From: Vicinamibacteria bacterium
GTDB taxonomy: Bacteria; Acidobacteriota; Vicinamibacteria; Marinacidobacterales; Marinacidobacteraceae
Assembly: GCA_963668695.2 (NCBI GenBank)
Contig: CAXXLQ010000004.1
Span: 1,824,001 to 1,888,000, forward strand
Direction: 5' to 3'
DNA length: 64,000 nucleotides
A model generated the notes under the pieces. It was not told where the DNA came from. It did no database searches and was given only the letters and a program-made list of their open reading frames with translations. The position numbers were made by a program, and so were the translations under genes. This document shows, in pieces, positions 38,573 to 49,400 of the stretch (the stretch's first letter is position 1; each line of letters begins with the position of its first letter).

Positions 38573-40156
38573 GTGGTGGGCGCTTCGAGCCTCGCGCTCC
38601 TCGCGCTGGTTCTCGGGCCGGCCGCTTCGCAGGGCCCATCGTTCGAACTCCTGATCCGGGGCGGGACCGTCGTCGACGGTTCGGGATCGCCTCGGTTTCG
38701 GGCTGATGTCGGCATCCGCGACGGACGTGTCGCGCGAATCGCTCGGGATGGCATCAACGCCGACGAAGCGCGTGAAGTGCTCGACGCCGAGGGCCTCATC
38801 GTCACCCCGGGATTCATCGATAACCACGCCCATATTCAGTCCAGCATTCGCGAGCGTCCCCTCGCGGAGAATTTCCTGCGCCAGGGCATCACGACGATTC
38901 TGGCGAGCCTTCATAGCGGCGACCAGCCGTGGCCGCTCGATCAGTTCATGGCCAGTCTGGAGGTGGCCCCCAATGTGGGGTTCTTCGCCGGCCACACCTG
39001 GGTGCGGAAACAGGTTCTCGGACTTGAAGATCGGGAGCCGACCGCCGACGAACTCGAGGAGATGAAACGCCTCGTCGAGGAGACGATGCGGCAGGGCGCG
39101 CTCGGTCTCTCGACCGGGCTCCTGTATGTGCCGGCCAACTATGCGAGGACGGAAGAGGTTGTGGAACTCGCGAAGATCGCGGCGCGCTACGGCGGCATCT
39201 ACGTGTCCCACATGAGAGACGAGGGGCGAGGGCTCGTCGAGTCGGCCGACGAACTCATCCGGGTCGCGCGCGAAGCAGGAATCCCCGCGCAGATCCAGCA
39301 CCATAAGGCCATGGGCGTTGCCCAGTGGGGGCAGAGCACTGAGACCCTCCGCATGATCGACGAAGCGCGGGCGGCGGGGCTCGACATCAAACACGACCTA
39401 TACCCGTACGCGGCGGCGAGCACGGGCTCGAGCGTTCTGTTCCCCCCGTGGGCGCTCGCGGGTGGCAGCGACGAACTCGCAGCGCGGCTGGAGGATCCCG
39501 GCACGCGGAGACGGATCGAGATTGGCATCGCGGATCGGATGGAGCAGGAGTGGACCGGAGACGATCTGTCGAGAATCCAGTTTCGGGTCATTCGGTCGAT
39601 CCCGGACTACAACGGCAAGACGCTCGCCGATTTGGCGGCGGACCGCGGACTCCCGAACACGGTCGAAGCCGGGGTGCAGCTCGTCATCGAACTCCAGCTC
39701 GCCGGAGGGTTCAACGCCATCTACCATGTGATGTCGGAAGACGACCTCGAACGCATCATGCGGCATCCTCAAGCGATGTTCGAGACCGACGGCGATTCGG
39801 TCGGCCTCGGCCGTGGCTATCCGCATCCCAGAAGCTACGGAACATTTCCCCGCATCCTGTCTCGTTACGTACGCGAAAAGGGCGTGCTCACCTTGGAGGA
39901 GGCCGTTCACAAGATGACGTCCATGCCGGCGATGCAGTTCGGCCAGGACGATCGAGGTCTGGTTCAGGTCGGGAAGTTCGCCGACATCACGGTCTTCGAC
40001 GCGGACACGGTGCAGGATCGCGCGACGTACACCGATCCTCATCACTACCCGGTGGGGATCGTTCATGTGTTGGTGAACGGGATTCCCGTCATCAAAGACG
40101 GCTCCCTGACCGGCGCGAAGCCAGGGACCGTCTTGCGGGGACCGGCGCGGCGGTAG
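38573..40156 (+). CDS. N-acyl-D-amino-acid deacylase (D-aminoacylase family)
   Basis: 'RGGTVVDGSG....ADV', 'PGFID.H.H', 'GLSTGL.Y.P', 'SHMRDE', 'HPRSYGTFPRIL'. Confidence 0.92.
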   Translation: MVGASSLALLALVLGPAASQGPSFELLIRGGTVVDGSGSPRFRADVGIRDGRVARIARDGINADEAREVLDAEGLIVTPGFIDNHAHIQSSIRERPLAENFLRQGITTILASLHSGDQPWPLDQFMASLEVAPNVGFFAGHTWVRKQVLGLEDREPTADELEEMKRLVEETMRQGALGLSTGLLYVPANYARTEEVVELAKIAARYGGIYVSHMRDEGRGLVESADELIRVAREAGIPAQIQHHKAMGVAQWGQSTETLRMIDEARAAGLDIKHDLYPYAAASTGSSVLFPPWALAGGSDELAARLEDPGTRRRIEIGIADRMEQEWTGDDLSRIQFRVIRSIPDYNGKTLADLAADRGLPNTVEAGVQLVIELQLAGGFNAIYHVMSEDDLERIMRHPQAMFETDGDSVGLGRGYPHPRSYGTFPRILSRYVREKGVLTLEEAVHKMTSMPAMQFGQDDRGLVQVGKFADITVFDADTVQDRATYTDPHHYPVGIVHVLVNGIPVIKDGSLTGAKPGTVLRGPARR

Positions 40157-40371
40157 CAGCCGGTGGTGGAACCCGCGTGAGCGCCGAGGCCGGCGAGGCG
40201 CCCGGCTGACAAGGCGCGTGAGGGAGGAGCCCCCACCGGGAGAACTGGCCCGAGTGTCTTTCGACCGAAACGCAACGATGAGCGGCGCGAAGCGACGCGG
40301 TTCAGCCGGGATGGATCGCCGGCCGAGCCCCCACCGGGAGAACTGGGCCGCGCGGGTCCCACCACCGGCTG
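40157..40371 (+). mobile_element. MITE copy 2 (215 bp), inserted at the TAG stop of the D-aminoacylase gene
   Basis: TIR CAGCCGGTGGTGG...CCACCACCGGCTG; flanks GTAG and CTAG. Confidence 0.88.
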
Positions 40372-40388
40372 CTAGCAGGCGGGTCACC

Positions 40389-42521
40389 ATGAGCCAGCGA
40401 GCCGTCCTGTCCTGGGACCGGTTCAAAGAGGTCGCCCGCGTACAACGCTTTCGCTTTCTGGCCGGTTGCGCACTGGCAGGGGGTCTCGCCGGACCCGTCG
40501 CGGCGAGCGCGCAGGATGAACGGCTCGAGCGGCTCACGCCCGAGCACCGCACCTGGATCGAAGAAGAGGTCGTTTACATCAACACCGACGCGGAGAGGGA
40601 CTTTTTTCTCGCGCTGGAGACGCTTGAGGAGCGCCGGCACTTCATCGAAGCGTTCTGGCGGAAGCGCGATCCGAACCCGGCGACGCTGGTGAACGAGGGC
40701 AGGGAAGAGCACTACCGGCGTCTCGGTTTCGCGACTGGCTCACTGGCCGACGACACCACCCGACCCGGCTGGAGGACCGACCGCGGCAGGATGTTCATCC
40801 TGCTCGGAGAGCCCCGGGAGCGCCAGCGCTTTGACGGCCTGAACGAGATCGTCTCGACCGAACTGTGGTTCTACCAGGGTGAGTCCGGGGTGGGGCTGCC
40901 GTCCTTCTTCTATCTCGTGTTCTTCAAGCCGCGCGACATCGGCGAATACCGGCTCTACCACCCGGCGCTCGACGGTCCGAGAAGCCTGCTGCGGGGCCGC
41001 TACGCCTCGCTGGAAACAAACGACCCGAGAGAGATCCTCCAGACTCTCAATGACGTCTCTCCCGAGCTCGGCCGGGCATCGCTTTCCTTCGACCCCAGCG
41101 ACCCCGGAGACCTCCTCAACGGCCGGGCATCCCTGGGGACCGACATTCTGCTGGACCGCATTCTGGACGCTCCGGGCCGCCGCATCCGCACGGACTATCT
41201 CGATGCGGCCCGCCGCTACGGCGACCTGGTCACTGCCGACTATTCGTTCAACTTCGTCCCGAACCGCAGCGTTTTCCGGGTGCTGCTGGCACCCGATGCG
41301 AGTTCGCTCGTGCACTACTCGATCGAGCTCGATCCCCAGGACATGGCGCTCGAAAGCGATGAAGCGAGGTCGCGTTTCTACACCGTCGTGGACCTGACGC
41401 TCGATGTGCGGGACCGGGAGGGCAATCTCGTGTACACCGAGGACCGCGAACTCATCGTGGACCTGTCGGCGGCCCAGATGGAAGCGGTCCAGGCGTCGCC
41501 CTTTGCCTTCCAGGGCGCCTTTCCCCTCGTACCGGGCGACTTCGATGCCAGCGTCGTGCTCAGGAACCGCGTCATGAAGCGGTTCACGGTGGCCGAGGCG
41601 GCCATCACCGCTCCGGGATCAGGCCCGGGCGCTCCCATTGTGGGCGATCCCATCGTCGCCTTCGAAGTGGAAGCGCATCAAGAGGTGCAGACGGGGGCGT
41701 TCGCTGACGGGCGCCGTCGCTTCCGGCCGGCGGCGGACGATCTCTTCTCTTTGGGGGAGACGCTGCTGGTGGGCGTGCAGGTCGCGAGGGCCGAGCCCGG
41801 ATCGACGCTGCGAATGACGCTCGGCAGCGGCGACGCGGCCCTGCGGGAAGTGGTGCTTGCGACCGACGACTTCCAGGACGGATCGGACTATGCGGAGATC
41901 GAGTTGGGGGACCTGGAGGCGGGCGCCTACCTTCTCGACCTCGAACTCCGGGATCCGGGCGGGACGGTGACGGCGCGCCGAACTGCCCCGGTTCAGATCA
42001 TCCCCCGCCTGGTGGCGCGTGCGAGCTACGTCCACCGCGGTGGAGCGGAGGCGGCGACTCCGGGTCTGCTGGCCTTGACGCGCGGGAATCAATACCTGGC
42101 GCTGGGGCGGTTCGAGGAGGCGCGCGTGGAACTCGAGCGGGCGGTCGGCGCGGGGGGTCCCGATCTCCCCATGGCTCGCTGGAAGCTCGCCAACGTCTAT
42201 CTGCGAAGCGAGGATGCCGATCGGGCGTTGGAACTACTGAAGCCGCTCGAGGCGGAGCACGACAGTCAGTACGAAGTGGTCGCCGGGTTGGGGTTCGCCC
42301 ACTACTTCAAGCAGGAGTTTGCTGAAGCCGCGCGCCATCTGGGGCGGGCAGCCTCGCTCCGCCCGGCGGGCACGGCGTTGCTTAACGCCCTCGGCGAGGC
42401 CCGCGAACAGTCGGGCGACCTCGAAGCGGCCCGCGCTGCGTTCGAGCGCTCGCTCGCGCTGGAGCCGGATCAGAAGGTCATCGAAGAGCGGCTGGCGCTC
42501 ATCCGGGCCAGACTGCCCTAA
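40389..42521 (+). CDS. GWxTD domain protein with C-terminal TPRs
   Basis: 'W..EEV.YI', 'FW..RDPNP.T..NE..EH.RR', GWRTDRGR; TPR-like tail. Confidence 0.9.
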   Translation: MSQRAVLSWDRFKEVARVQRFRFLAGCALAGGLAGPVAASAQDERLERLTPEHRTWIEEEVVYINTDAERDFFLALETLEERRHFIEAFWRKRDPNPATLVNEGREEHYRRLGFATGSLADDTTRPGWRTDRGRMFILLGEPRERQRFDGLNEIVSTELWFYQGESGVGLPSFFYLVFFKPRDIGEYRLYHPALDGPRSLLRGRYASLETNDPREILQTLNDVSPELGRASLSFDPSDPGDLLNGRASLGTDILLDRILDAPGRRIRTDYLDAARRYGDLVTADYSFNFVPNRSVFRVLLAPDASSLVHYSIELDPQDMALESDEARSRFYTVVDLTLDVRDREGNLVYTEDRELIVDLSAAQMEAVQASPFAFQGAFPLVPGDFDASVVLRNRVMKRFTVAEAAITAPGSGPGAPIVGDPIVAFEVEAHQEVQTGAFADGRRRFRPAADDLFSLGETLLVGVQVARAEPGSTLRMTLGSGDAALREVVLATDDFQDGSDYAEIELGDLEAGAYLLDLELRDPGGTVTARRTAPVQIIPRLVARASYVHRGGAEAATPGLLALTRGNQYLALGRFEEARVELERAVGAGGPDLPMARWKLANVYLRSEDADRALELLKPLEAEHDSQYEVVAGLGFAHYFKQEFAEAARHLGRAASLRPAGTALLNALGEAREQSGDLEAARAAFERSLALEPDQKVIEERLALIRARLP

Positions 42522-42526
42522 CTTCC

Positions 42527-42540
42527 TTCACCACAGGCTG
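42527..42540 (-). repeat. Solo MITE terminal repeat at a TAA stop between convergent genes
   Basis: Minus strand CTAA-CAGCCTGTGGTGAA, identical to the first 14 bp of MITE copy 1. Confidence 0.65.
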
Positions 42541-44274
42541 TTAGCGCCGGCGGTTGAGCCGCTCGATCGCCTCTGCTGCAGGAGCGAATCCGGGCAGCAC
42601 CCGGAGGCTGTCCTCGAAGGCCCTTCGCGCCGCGGCCGGATCGCCGCTGGCTGCCAGGAAAACGCCCAGCCGGTAGTGGGCGTCCGCATCCGCTGGCCGT
42701 GCGCCAATGACTTGCCGCTGGTGCTCGATGGCGGCGCCGTGGTTCCCCGCAAGGTGATGAGTGCGGGCAACCTCGGAGAGGATTTCGATGTTTTCGGGAT
42801 ATTGGGCGAGCGCCCTTTCCAGGGTGGACAGTGCCTCGGCGAGTTCTCCGGTCTCCTGAAGAAGGAGCGCGAGGGTGTAGTGCGCCGTGCCGAGCAAATC
42901 GGCGTCGCCTGCCGCTTCGGCGAGGGCGATGGCTCGGCGTTCGTGGCCGATCGCCTCCGGGGTATCGCCGAGCCGGTGCAAAGCGACCGACAGGTAGTGA
43001 TGCGCCTCCCCCGACTCGGGCTCCAGTTCGACGGCCGTCGAGAGATGGCCAAGCGCTTCCTCAAGCCTCGCGTCGCCGCCGAGCAGCGTTCCGAGCCGAA
43101 CGTGCGCCCTCGCCATTCCGGGGTCGCGGGCCAGGGCGCCCTGGAACGCTGCGACCGCGTCCCGGCTACGGCCCTGTGCTTCGAACGCGACGCCCAGGGT
43201 GAAATGCGGTTCCGCCTGCCCCGGGTCGAGCCGAACCGCCGCTTCGAGGTGTTCGGTTGCCGCGTCGATCTCTCCGAGTCGGCCCAGGAGGGCGCCCAGG
43301 TTCCCTCGCGCCACCGCGAGGTCCGGCTCCAGCGCCACCGCCCGCTCGTAGTGAGCTCGCGCCTGCTCGAGATCCCGGGTTTGCTCGAACGCCGCCCCGA
43401 GGGCGTTGTGCGCATCGGCCGATCCGGGCTCCGCGGCCGCCGCCTCCCTCAAGGCAAGGAGGGCCTCGTCGTACTGGCCCCGCTCGAGCAGTTCCGTCCC
43501 CGTCGCCAGTGCGGCGCGCGCCCCCCGGCCGCGCAGGGCGAGGATCTCCGGCGGCGGTTCGATCGCGGGACGCCGGGCCGGGCCGCGCCGGGAAGCGGCC
43601 AGGTGCTCTTCGGCGCGTCCGGTCTCTCCCAGGCGCTCGAACGCGAGCGCCGCCGTGTAGTGCACGGTTGGATCGCCCGGGTCCACTGCGAGGGCCCGCT
43701 CCAGGAAACTCACGGCCTCGGCGAGATTCCCGCTACGCAACTCGAGCGTCGCCATTCCACGAAGGGCCGTGAAGTTGCCGGGTTCCCCTTCGAGCGCCGC
43801 CCGGAAGTGGGCGCGCGCTTCCTCCAAACGGGCGCGACGGAACTCGAGTTGCGCGAGCGTGGTGCGCGCCGGGACCGAGCCGGGATCGAGTTCGAGCGCC
43901 TGGAGCGCGTGTTCGAGCGCCTCGCCCTCTTCTCCGGCCTCGGCAGCCCGGTGTGCGTCCAGCCGGTGCCAGCGAGCTTCGAGGGGAGCAAGATCCTGGG
44001 CGCGCCCGTAGGAGGAAGAGGCCGCCTCCAGGAAACCCTGCGCGTGAAGCAGCAGCGCGAGCCGACCGTGGACTTCGGGATCGTGGGTGCCGCTACGGGC
44101 CGCCTGCTGGGCGGCTTCGAGATCGGTGCGGGCGGAAGGTTCGAGCGATTCGAGCTGCGCCGCCGTCAGGACCGGGACGCGGATTTCGTCCGGCTGGGCA
44201 CGACAGGCCTGCCCAACGAGACAGGCCTGTCCGGCGAGACAACCCGTCAACGCGAGGAGAAGGCGCGTCGTCAT
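42541..44274 (-). CDS. Tetratricopeptide repeat protein, secreted
   Basis: Many 'A...LG......G..EA...F..AL...P' repeats; signal peptide. Confidence 0.9.
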   Translation of the reverse strand: MTTRLLLALTGCLAGQACLVGQACRAQPDEIRVPVLTAAQLESLEPSARTDLEAAQQAARSGTHDPEVHGRLALLLHAQGFLEAASSSYGRAQDLAPLEARWHRLDAHRAAEAGEEGEALEHALQALELDPGSVPARTTLAQLEFRRARLEEARAHFRAALEGEPGNFTALRGMATLELRSGNLAEAVSFLERALAVDPGDPTVHYTAALAFERLGETGRAEEHLAASRRGPARRPAIEPPPEILALRGRGARAALATGTELLERGQYDEALLALREAAAAEPGSADAHNALGAAFEQTRDLEQARAHYERAVALEPDLAVARGNLGALLGRLGEIDAATEHLEAAVRLDPGQAEPHFTLGVAFEAQGRSRDAVAAFQGALARDPGMARAHVRLGTLLGGDARLEEALGHLSTAVELEPESGEAHHYLSVALHRLGDTPEAIGHERRAIALAEAAGDADLLGTAHYTLALLLQETGELAEALSTLERALAQYPENIEILSEVARTHHLAGNHGAAIEHQRQVIGARPADADAHYRLGVFLAASGDPAAARRAFEDSLRVLPGFAPAAEAIERLNRRR

Positions 44275-44280
44275 CGCACC

Positions 44281-46029
44281 TCAGCCGGGGGAGCCGGCGC
44301 CCTCGACGAGCTCGTTCTCGCGGTCGACCAGGACATCGGAGAAGAATTCCGTTTCGCCGCCTGGCCACACAACCTCCACCCCGGAGACCTCCGTGTCGGC
44401 GTCGAGTCCGAAATGAACGCGGGGATCGCTCGCGCTTCCATAGCTTCCGTCGGTGCCCACCAGCTTCGCCAGCCGGTCTCCGCTGGTTCGGACGAGCGTG
44501 ACCCGGGCGCCGAGCGCGGCCGATCCACCCCGCGATCCACCCCGCGATCCACTTTGGTCCGGTTTCAGCCTCAGCGAGATCCAGTGACGGCGTGCTCCCA
44601 CCTGGTTGAGCAGGAGCCTCGCTGGCCCCTGGTTGTTGGAGACCAGGACATCCACGTCGCCATCGTTGTCCACGTCGCCGAACGCCGCCCCCCGGCTCAC
44701 CTCGACGAGATCCTCCTCCGGGTTGGAACCGATGGGAACCAGTTCGAACCGGGCGCCGTCGCTGCGGAAGAGTTGGTTTGACTCGGCGTAAGGAGATCCC
44801 TTCCTCAGTTCCGGCCGGCCAAGCGCCACGGCCCCGTTCGCGACGAACAGGTCCGAGAGTCCGTCGTTGTCGAAGTCGAGCCACTGGACCCCGAACGCGG
44901 TCGCAGAGAGACTCGGATATCCGAGGCCGCGGGGAAAGGTCGTGTCCTCGAAGAGGCCTTCACCCTGGTTCTCGTACAGGGTGTTCGTCTCGTCGCGGAG
45001 GTGCGTGACGAAGATGTCGGAGTCGCCGTCACGGTCGAAGTCGTCCACGGCGATACCCATGCCGGCTTCGGCCGCCCCGTCGCCGTTGAGCGCGACGCCG
45101 CCGAAGAGCGCGACATCCTCGAACGTGCCGTTCCCGCGGTTCCACCAGAGCTGGTTCTCGTTCCCGTCGTTCGCGACGTACACATCGAGCCAGCCATCCT
45201 CGTCGAAGTCCAGGACCGCGACCCCGAGCCCGCTTCCGTAGGCCCGGTCAATGCCCGCCGCCCTGGTGACGTCGGCGAATGTCCCGTTGCCGCGATTGCG
45301 GTAGAGAACGTCCACCTGCGGCTCGAAGTTGCTGGGATGGCAGTAGTCCCGCACCCCCGTGGGACGGCAGATCGTGTTCTCACTGACTCGAAAGTCCACG
45401 TAGTTGACGACGAACAGGTCGAGATGACCATCGCGGTCGAAGTCGAAGAAAGCCGCGCTCGTTCCCCAACGGGCATCGTCCACGCCCGCCGCGCGACCAA
45501 CCTCGGCAAAGGTGCCGTCGCCCTCGTTCCGGTAGAGAGCATTGCCGCCGAAGTTCGTCACGAACAGGTCAGAGAAGCCGTCGTTGTTGTAGTCGCCCGT
45601 GGCGACCCCCATCCCGTAGCCGCGGTCACCGACGCCGGCCTGATCGGTGACATCTTCGAATCTCGGCGCATTTCCCGCCCCGGCCGCGGAGAGAACATTC
45701 CGGTAGAGGCGGTTTTCCGTTGCCTCGCCTGACCCGAGCGAACCGCTCTGCACGAGATAGGCGTCGAGGTCACCGTCGTTGTCGTAGTCGAACAGGGCGC
45801 CGCCGCTTCCCATGATCTCGGGCAGGTAGAACTCGCCGGCGGCGCCGCTCCGGTGCACGAAGTCAAGCCCGGCCTCGGCCGAGACCTCACGAAAGATGGA
45901 CGCGCTGTCGCGGTCGGACGGCTCGCCCTTGGGCGACGATGGCGGGCCGCAGCGCCAAACGGCGAGGGCCAGGCACCAGACGGCGACGGCGCGACCCAAC
46001 CCGGCCCGTCTGCAACCCGCCCGGATCAT
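44281..46029 (-). CDS. CRTAC1-family FG-GAP repeat / ASPIC-UnbV protein
   Basis: 'E.MGSG..LFDYDNDGDLD', repeated D.D.DG..D, 'SRGAAFGDVDNDGD.D', 'HFGL', 'V.WPGG'. Confidence 0.9.
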   Translation of the reverse strand: MIRAGCRRAGLGRAVAVWCLALAVWRCGPPSSPKGEPSDRDSASIFREVSAEAGLDFVHRSGAAGEFYLPEIMGSGGALFDYDNDGDLDAYLVQSGSLGSGEATENRLYRNVLSAAGAGNAPRFEDVTDQAGVGDRGYGMGVATGDYNNDGFSDLFVTNFGGNALYRNEGDGTFAEVGRAAGVDDARWGTSAAFFDFDRDGHLDLFVVNYVDFRVSENTICRPTGVRDYCHPSNFEPQVDVLYRNRGNGTFADVTRAAGIDRAYGSGLGVAVLDFDEDGWLDVYVANDGNENQLWWNRGNGTFEDVALFGGVALNGDGAAEAGMGIAVDDFDRDGDSDIFVTHLRDETNTLYENQGEGLFEDTTFPRGLGYPSLSATAFGVQWLDFDNDGLSDLFVANGAVALGRPELRKGSPYAESNQLFRSDGARFELVPIGSNPEEDLVEVSRGAAFGDVDNDGDVDVLVSNNQGPARLLLNQVGARRHWISLRLKPDQSGSRGGSRGGSAALGARVTLVRTSGDRLAKLVGTDGSYGSASDPRVHFGLDADTEVSGVEVVWPGGETEFFSDVLVDRENELVEGAGSPG

Positions 46030-46400
46030 TCCGCATATCGTAGTGATGGCGGAGTTCGTGCTGGTCCCGCTTGGCCTTTCCGGTGCGGAAGCGGGCGGAT
46101 CGCCGAGGTGAGAGTCCCGAAACGGCGTTGTGGGCGCTCGTCTCCTCAGAGCTGGCCAGCAAATCCTTGCTGACCGAGCTGTCCAGTTTCGACGCCCACA
46201 TATGTCCATTGTCCGAAGTCCATCAACACCGCGAAAACCAACGAGCGGGCGCCGGCAACGCTCGGCGTCCTCTCCGAGTGTGCGCGGTCTTTGGCTGCTG
46301 GCAGTGACCAGTTTTCGGTGGTCATTGGACAGGGCCACGTACACAGACTCACACTCGCCGCACTGAGGGGCAATCCCACGAGATGACGTGCGAAGGGAGT

Positions 46401-49400
46401 ATGTGTTGGCAGCGCTACAGCCGTCATTGCTTCTCCGGCGGGCTCCTTTTGCTTGGCCTATGCCAGGCCTCAGGTTGTGGAGGCGGCGCATCGTCGGCGG
46501 GCCCGACTCCCCCGACTCCACCCGGGGTCGTCGCCAACCGCGCCCCTTCAGCCTCCGGAGCGATTCCCGAGCAGATACTGACCGTAGGAGGAAGCGTGGC
46601 GAGGGTGGGCGTGACGCCGTACTTTTCCGACCCGGATGGCGACACGCTTGCGTACGCAGTCGTCTCCAGCAATGTCGGGATCGTGGACGCCAGCGTTTCG
46701 GGCAGCACCCTGGTGCTCAGCCCCGTGAGTGCTGGGGCCGCGGTCGCCACGGTTACGGCCACGGACTCCGGCGGGCTATCCGCCACCCAACCGATCGCCG
46801 TCACGGTCCGCCAGGGCGACACCCCTGGCAGCCTCCCGGCCTGCAGGGTGGGCCTGGTGTTGCATATCGGCGAGTCGTGCACGGTTGACATTCCCAACAT
46901 CAGCGGTGGAGACAATCGGTTTCACGTCACATCGGATGGCCGCGGCTGCTACGGAATCATCTGTGCCGGTGACGCCATGAACCTGAGCGGGTTCAGGGCC
47001 AGCAGACAGAATGACGGCACGTGGCGGATTGACGCACTTCCCGATGGCGGCGGAGCGGCGCCGGATCTGGTCGTTGAATCACCCGAGGTCAGCAGCAGTA
47101 CGGTGGTTCCGGAGGGGTCCTTCACGCTGTCGGCCACCGTTCGGAACCAGGGCGCCGAACGGTCCGCGTTGACGACGTTGCGCTACTACCGTTCGTTGGA
47201 CTCGGCGATTTCGACGGGCGATACGGAGATGGGCACGGACTCCGTTTTCGGGCTGTCCGGCGGCGCGAGCGGGTTGGAGTCGATTCGCCTGACGGCACCG
47301 GTTTCGCCCGGGACGTACTACTACGGCGCGTGCGTGGAGCCGGTGAGCGGGGAGAGCGACACCGGCAACAACTGTTCGGCCGGCGTGCCGCTCAGGGTGG
47401 AGTCGGGCGGCGGGGCGGCGCCGGACCTGGTCGTCGAGTCTCCCGAGGTCAGTAGCAGTACGGTGGTTCCGGAGGGGTCCTTCACGCTGTCGGCCACCGT
47501 CCGGAACCAGGGCGCTGGTCGGTCCGCGTTGACGACGTTGCGCTACTACCGTTCGTCGGACTCCACGATCTCGACGGGCGATACGGAGATGGGCACGGAC
47601 TTCGTTTTCGGGCTGTCCGGCGGCGCGAGCGGGTTGGAGTCGATTCGCCTGACGGCGCCGGTTTCGCCCGGGACGTATTACTACGGCGCGTGCGTCGAGC
47701 CGGTGAGCGGGGAGAGCGACACCGGCAACAACTGTTCGGCCGGCGTGCCGCTCAGGGTGGAGTCGGGCGGCGGGGCGGCGCCGGATCTGGTCGTTGAGTC
47801 TCCCGAGGTGAGTAGCAGTACGGTGGTTCCGGAGGGGTCCTTCACGCTGTCGGCCACCGTCCGGAACCAGGGCGCTGGTCGGTCCGCGTCGACGACGTTG
47901 CGCTACTACCGTTCGTTGGACTCGGCGATTTCGACGGGCGATACGGAGATGGGCACGGACTCCGTTTTCGGGCTGTCCGGCGGCGCGAGCGGGTTGGAGT
48001 CGATTCGCCTGACGGCGCCGGTTTCGCCCGGGACGTATTACTACGGCGCGTGCGTCGAGCCGGTGAGCGGGGAGAGCGACACCGGCAACAACTGTTCGGC
48101 CGGCGTGCCGCTCAGGGTGGAGTCGGGCGGCGGGGCGGCGGCGGATCTGGTCGTTGAGTCTCCCGAGGTGAGCAGCAATACGGTGGTTCCGGAGGCGTCC
48201 TTCACGCTGTCGGCAACCGTCCGGAACCAGGGCGCCGAACGGTCCGCGTCGACGACGTTGCGCTACTACCGTTCGTCGGACTCCACGATCTCGACGAGCG
48301 ACACGGAGGTCGGCACGGATTTCGTTTCGGGCTGGCAGGCGGCGCGAGCGGGTTGGAGTCGATTCGCCTGACGGCGCCGGTTTCGCCCGGGACGTACTAC
48401 TACGGCGCGTGCGTGGAGTCGGTGAGCGGGGAGAGCGACACCGGGAACAACTGCTCGGTCGGCGTGCCGCTTGGGTGGAGTCGGGCGGCGGGGCGGCGTC
48501 GGATCTGGTCGTCGAATCTCCCGGGGTCAGCAGCAGCACGGTGGTTCCGGAGGCGTCCTTCACGCTGTCGGCCACCGTCCGGAACCAGGGCGCCGAACGG
48601 TCCGCGTCGACGACGTTGCGCTACTACCGTTCGTCGGACTCCACGATCTCGACGAGCGATACGGAGGTCGGTACGGATTTCGTTTCGCGGCTGTCAGGCT
48701 GGCGCGAGCGGGATGGAGTCGATTCGCCTGACGGCGCCGACCCTGGACGGGACGTACTACTACGGTGCGTGCGTGGAGTCGGTGAGCGGGGAGAGCGACA
48801 CCGGGAACAACTGCTCGGGCGGCGTGCCGCTTGTCGTGCAGTCGGGCGGCGGGGCGGCGCCGGATCTGGTTGTCGAGTCTCCCGAGGTCAGCAGCAGTAC
48901 GGTGGTTCCGGAGGCGTCCTTCACGCTGTCGGCTACCGTTCGGAACCAGGGCGGCGATCGGTCTGCGTCGACGACGTTGCGCTACTACCGTTCGGCGGAC
49001 TCCACGATCTCGACGAGCGATACGGAGGTCGGCACGGATTTCGTTTCGCGGTTGTCAGCTGGCGAGAGCGGGATGGAGTCGATTCGCCTGACGGCCCCGA
49101 CCCTGGACGGGACGTTCTACTACGGTGCATGCGTCGAGTCGGTGAGCCAGGAGAGCGACACCGGCAACAACTGCTCGGCGGGTGTACCGCTGGTCGTGGA
49201 GTCGGGCGGCGGGACAGCCCCGGATCTGGTCGTTGAGTCTCCCGCGATGAGCAGCAATACGGTGGTTCCGGAGGGGTCCTTCACGCTGTCGGCCACCGTT
49301 CGGAACCAGGGCGCTGGTCGGTCCGCGTCGACGACGTTGCGTTACTACCGTTCGTCGGACGCGACGATTTCGACGGGCGATACGGAGATGGGCACGGATT

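Noticed and set aside
44521-44552. 12-bp tandem repeat CGATCCACCCCG
   Set aside because: In-frame slippage adding GSRG units to a probable loop of the CRTAC1-family protein; no further signal.
42319-44781. 820-aa plus-strand ORF and similar long antisense ORFs (e.g. 9926-11326, 28933-30672, 33428-35263)
   Set aside because: Shadow ORFs of high-GC genes on the opposite strand, with no motifs.
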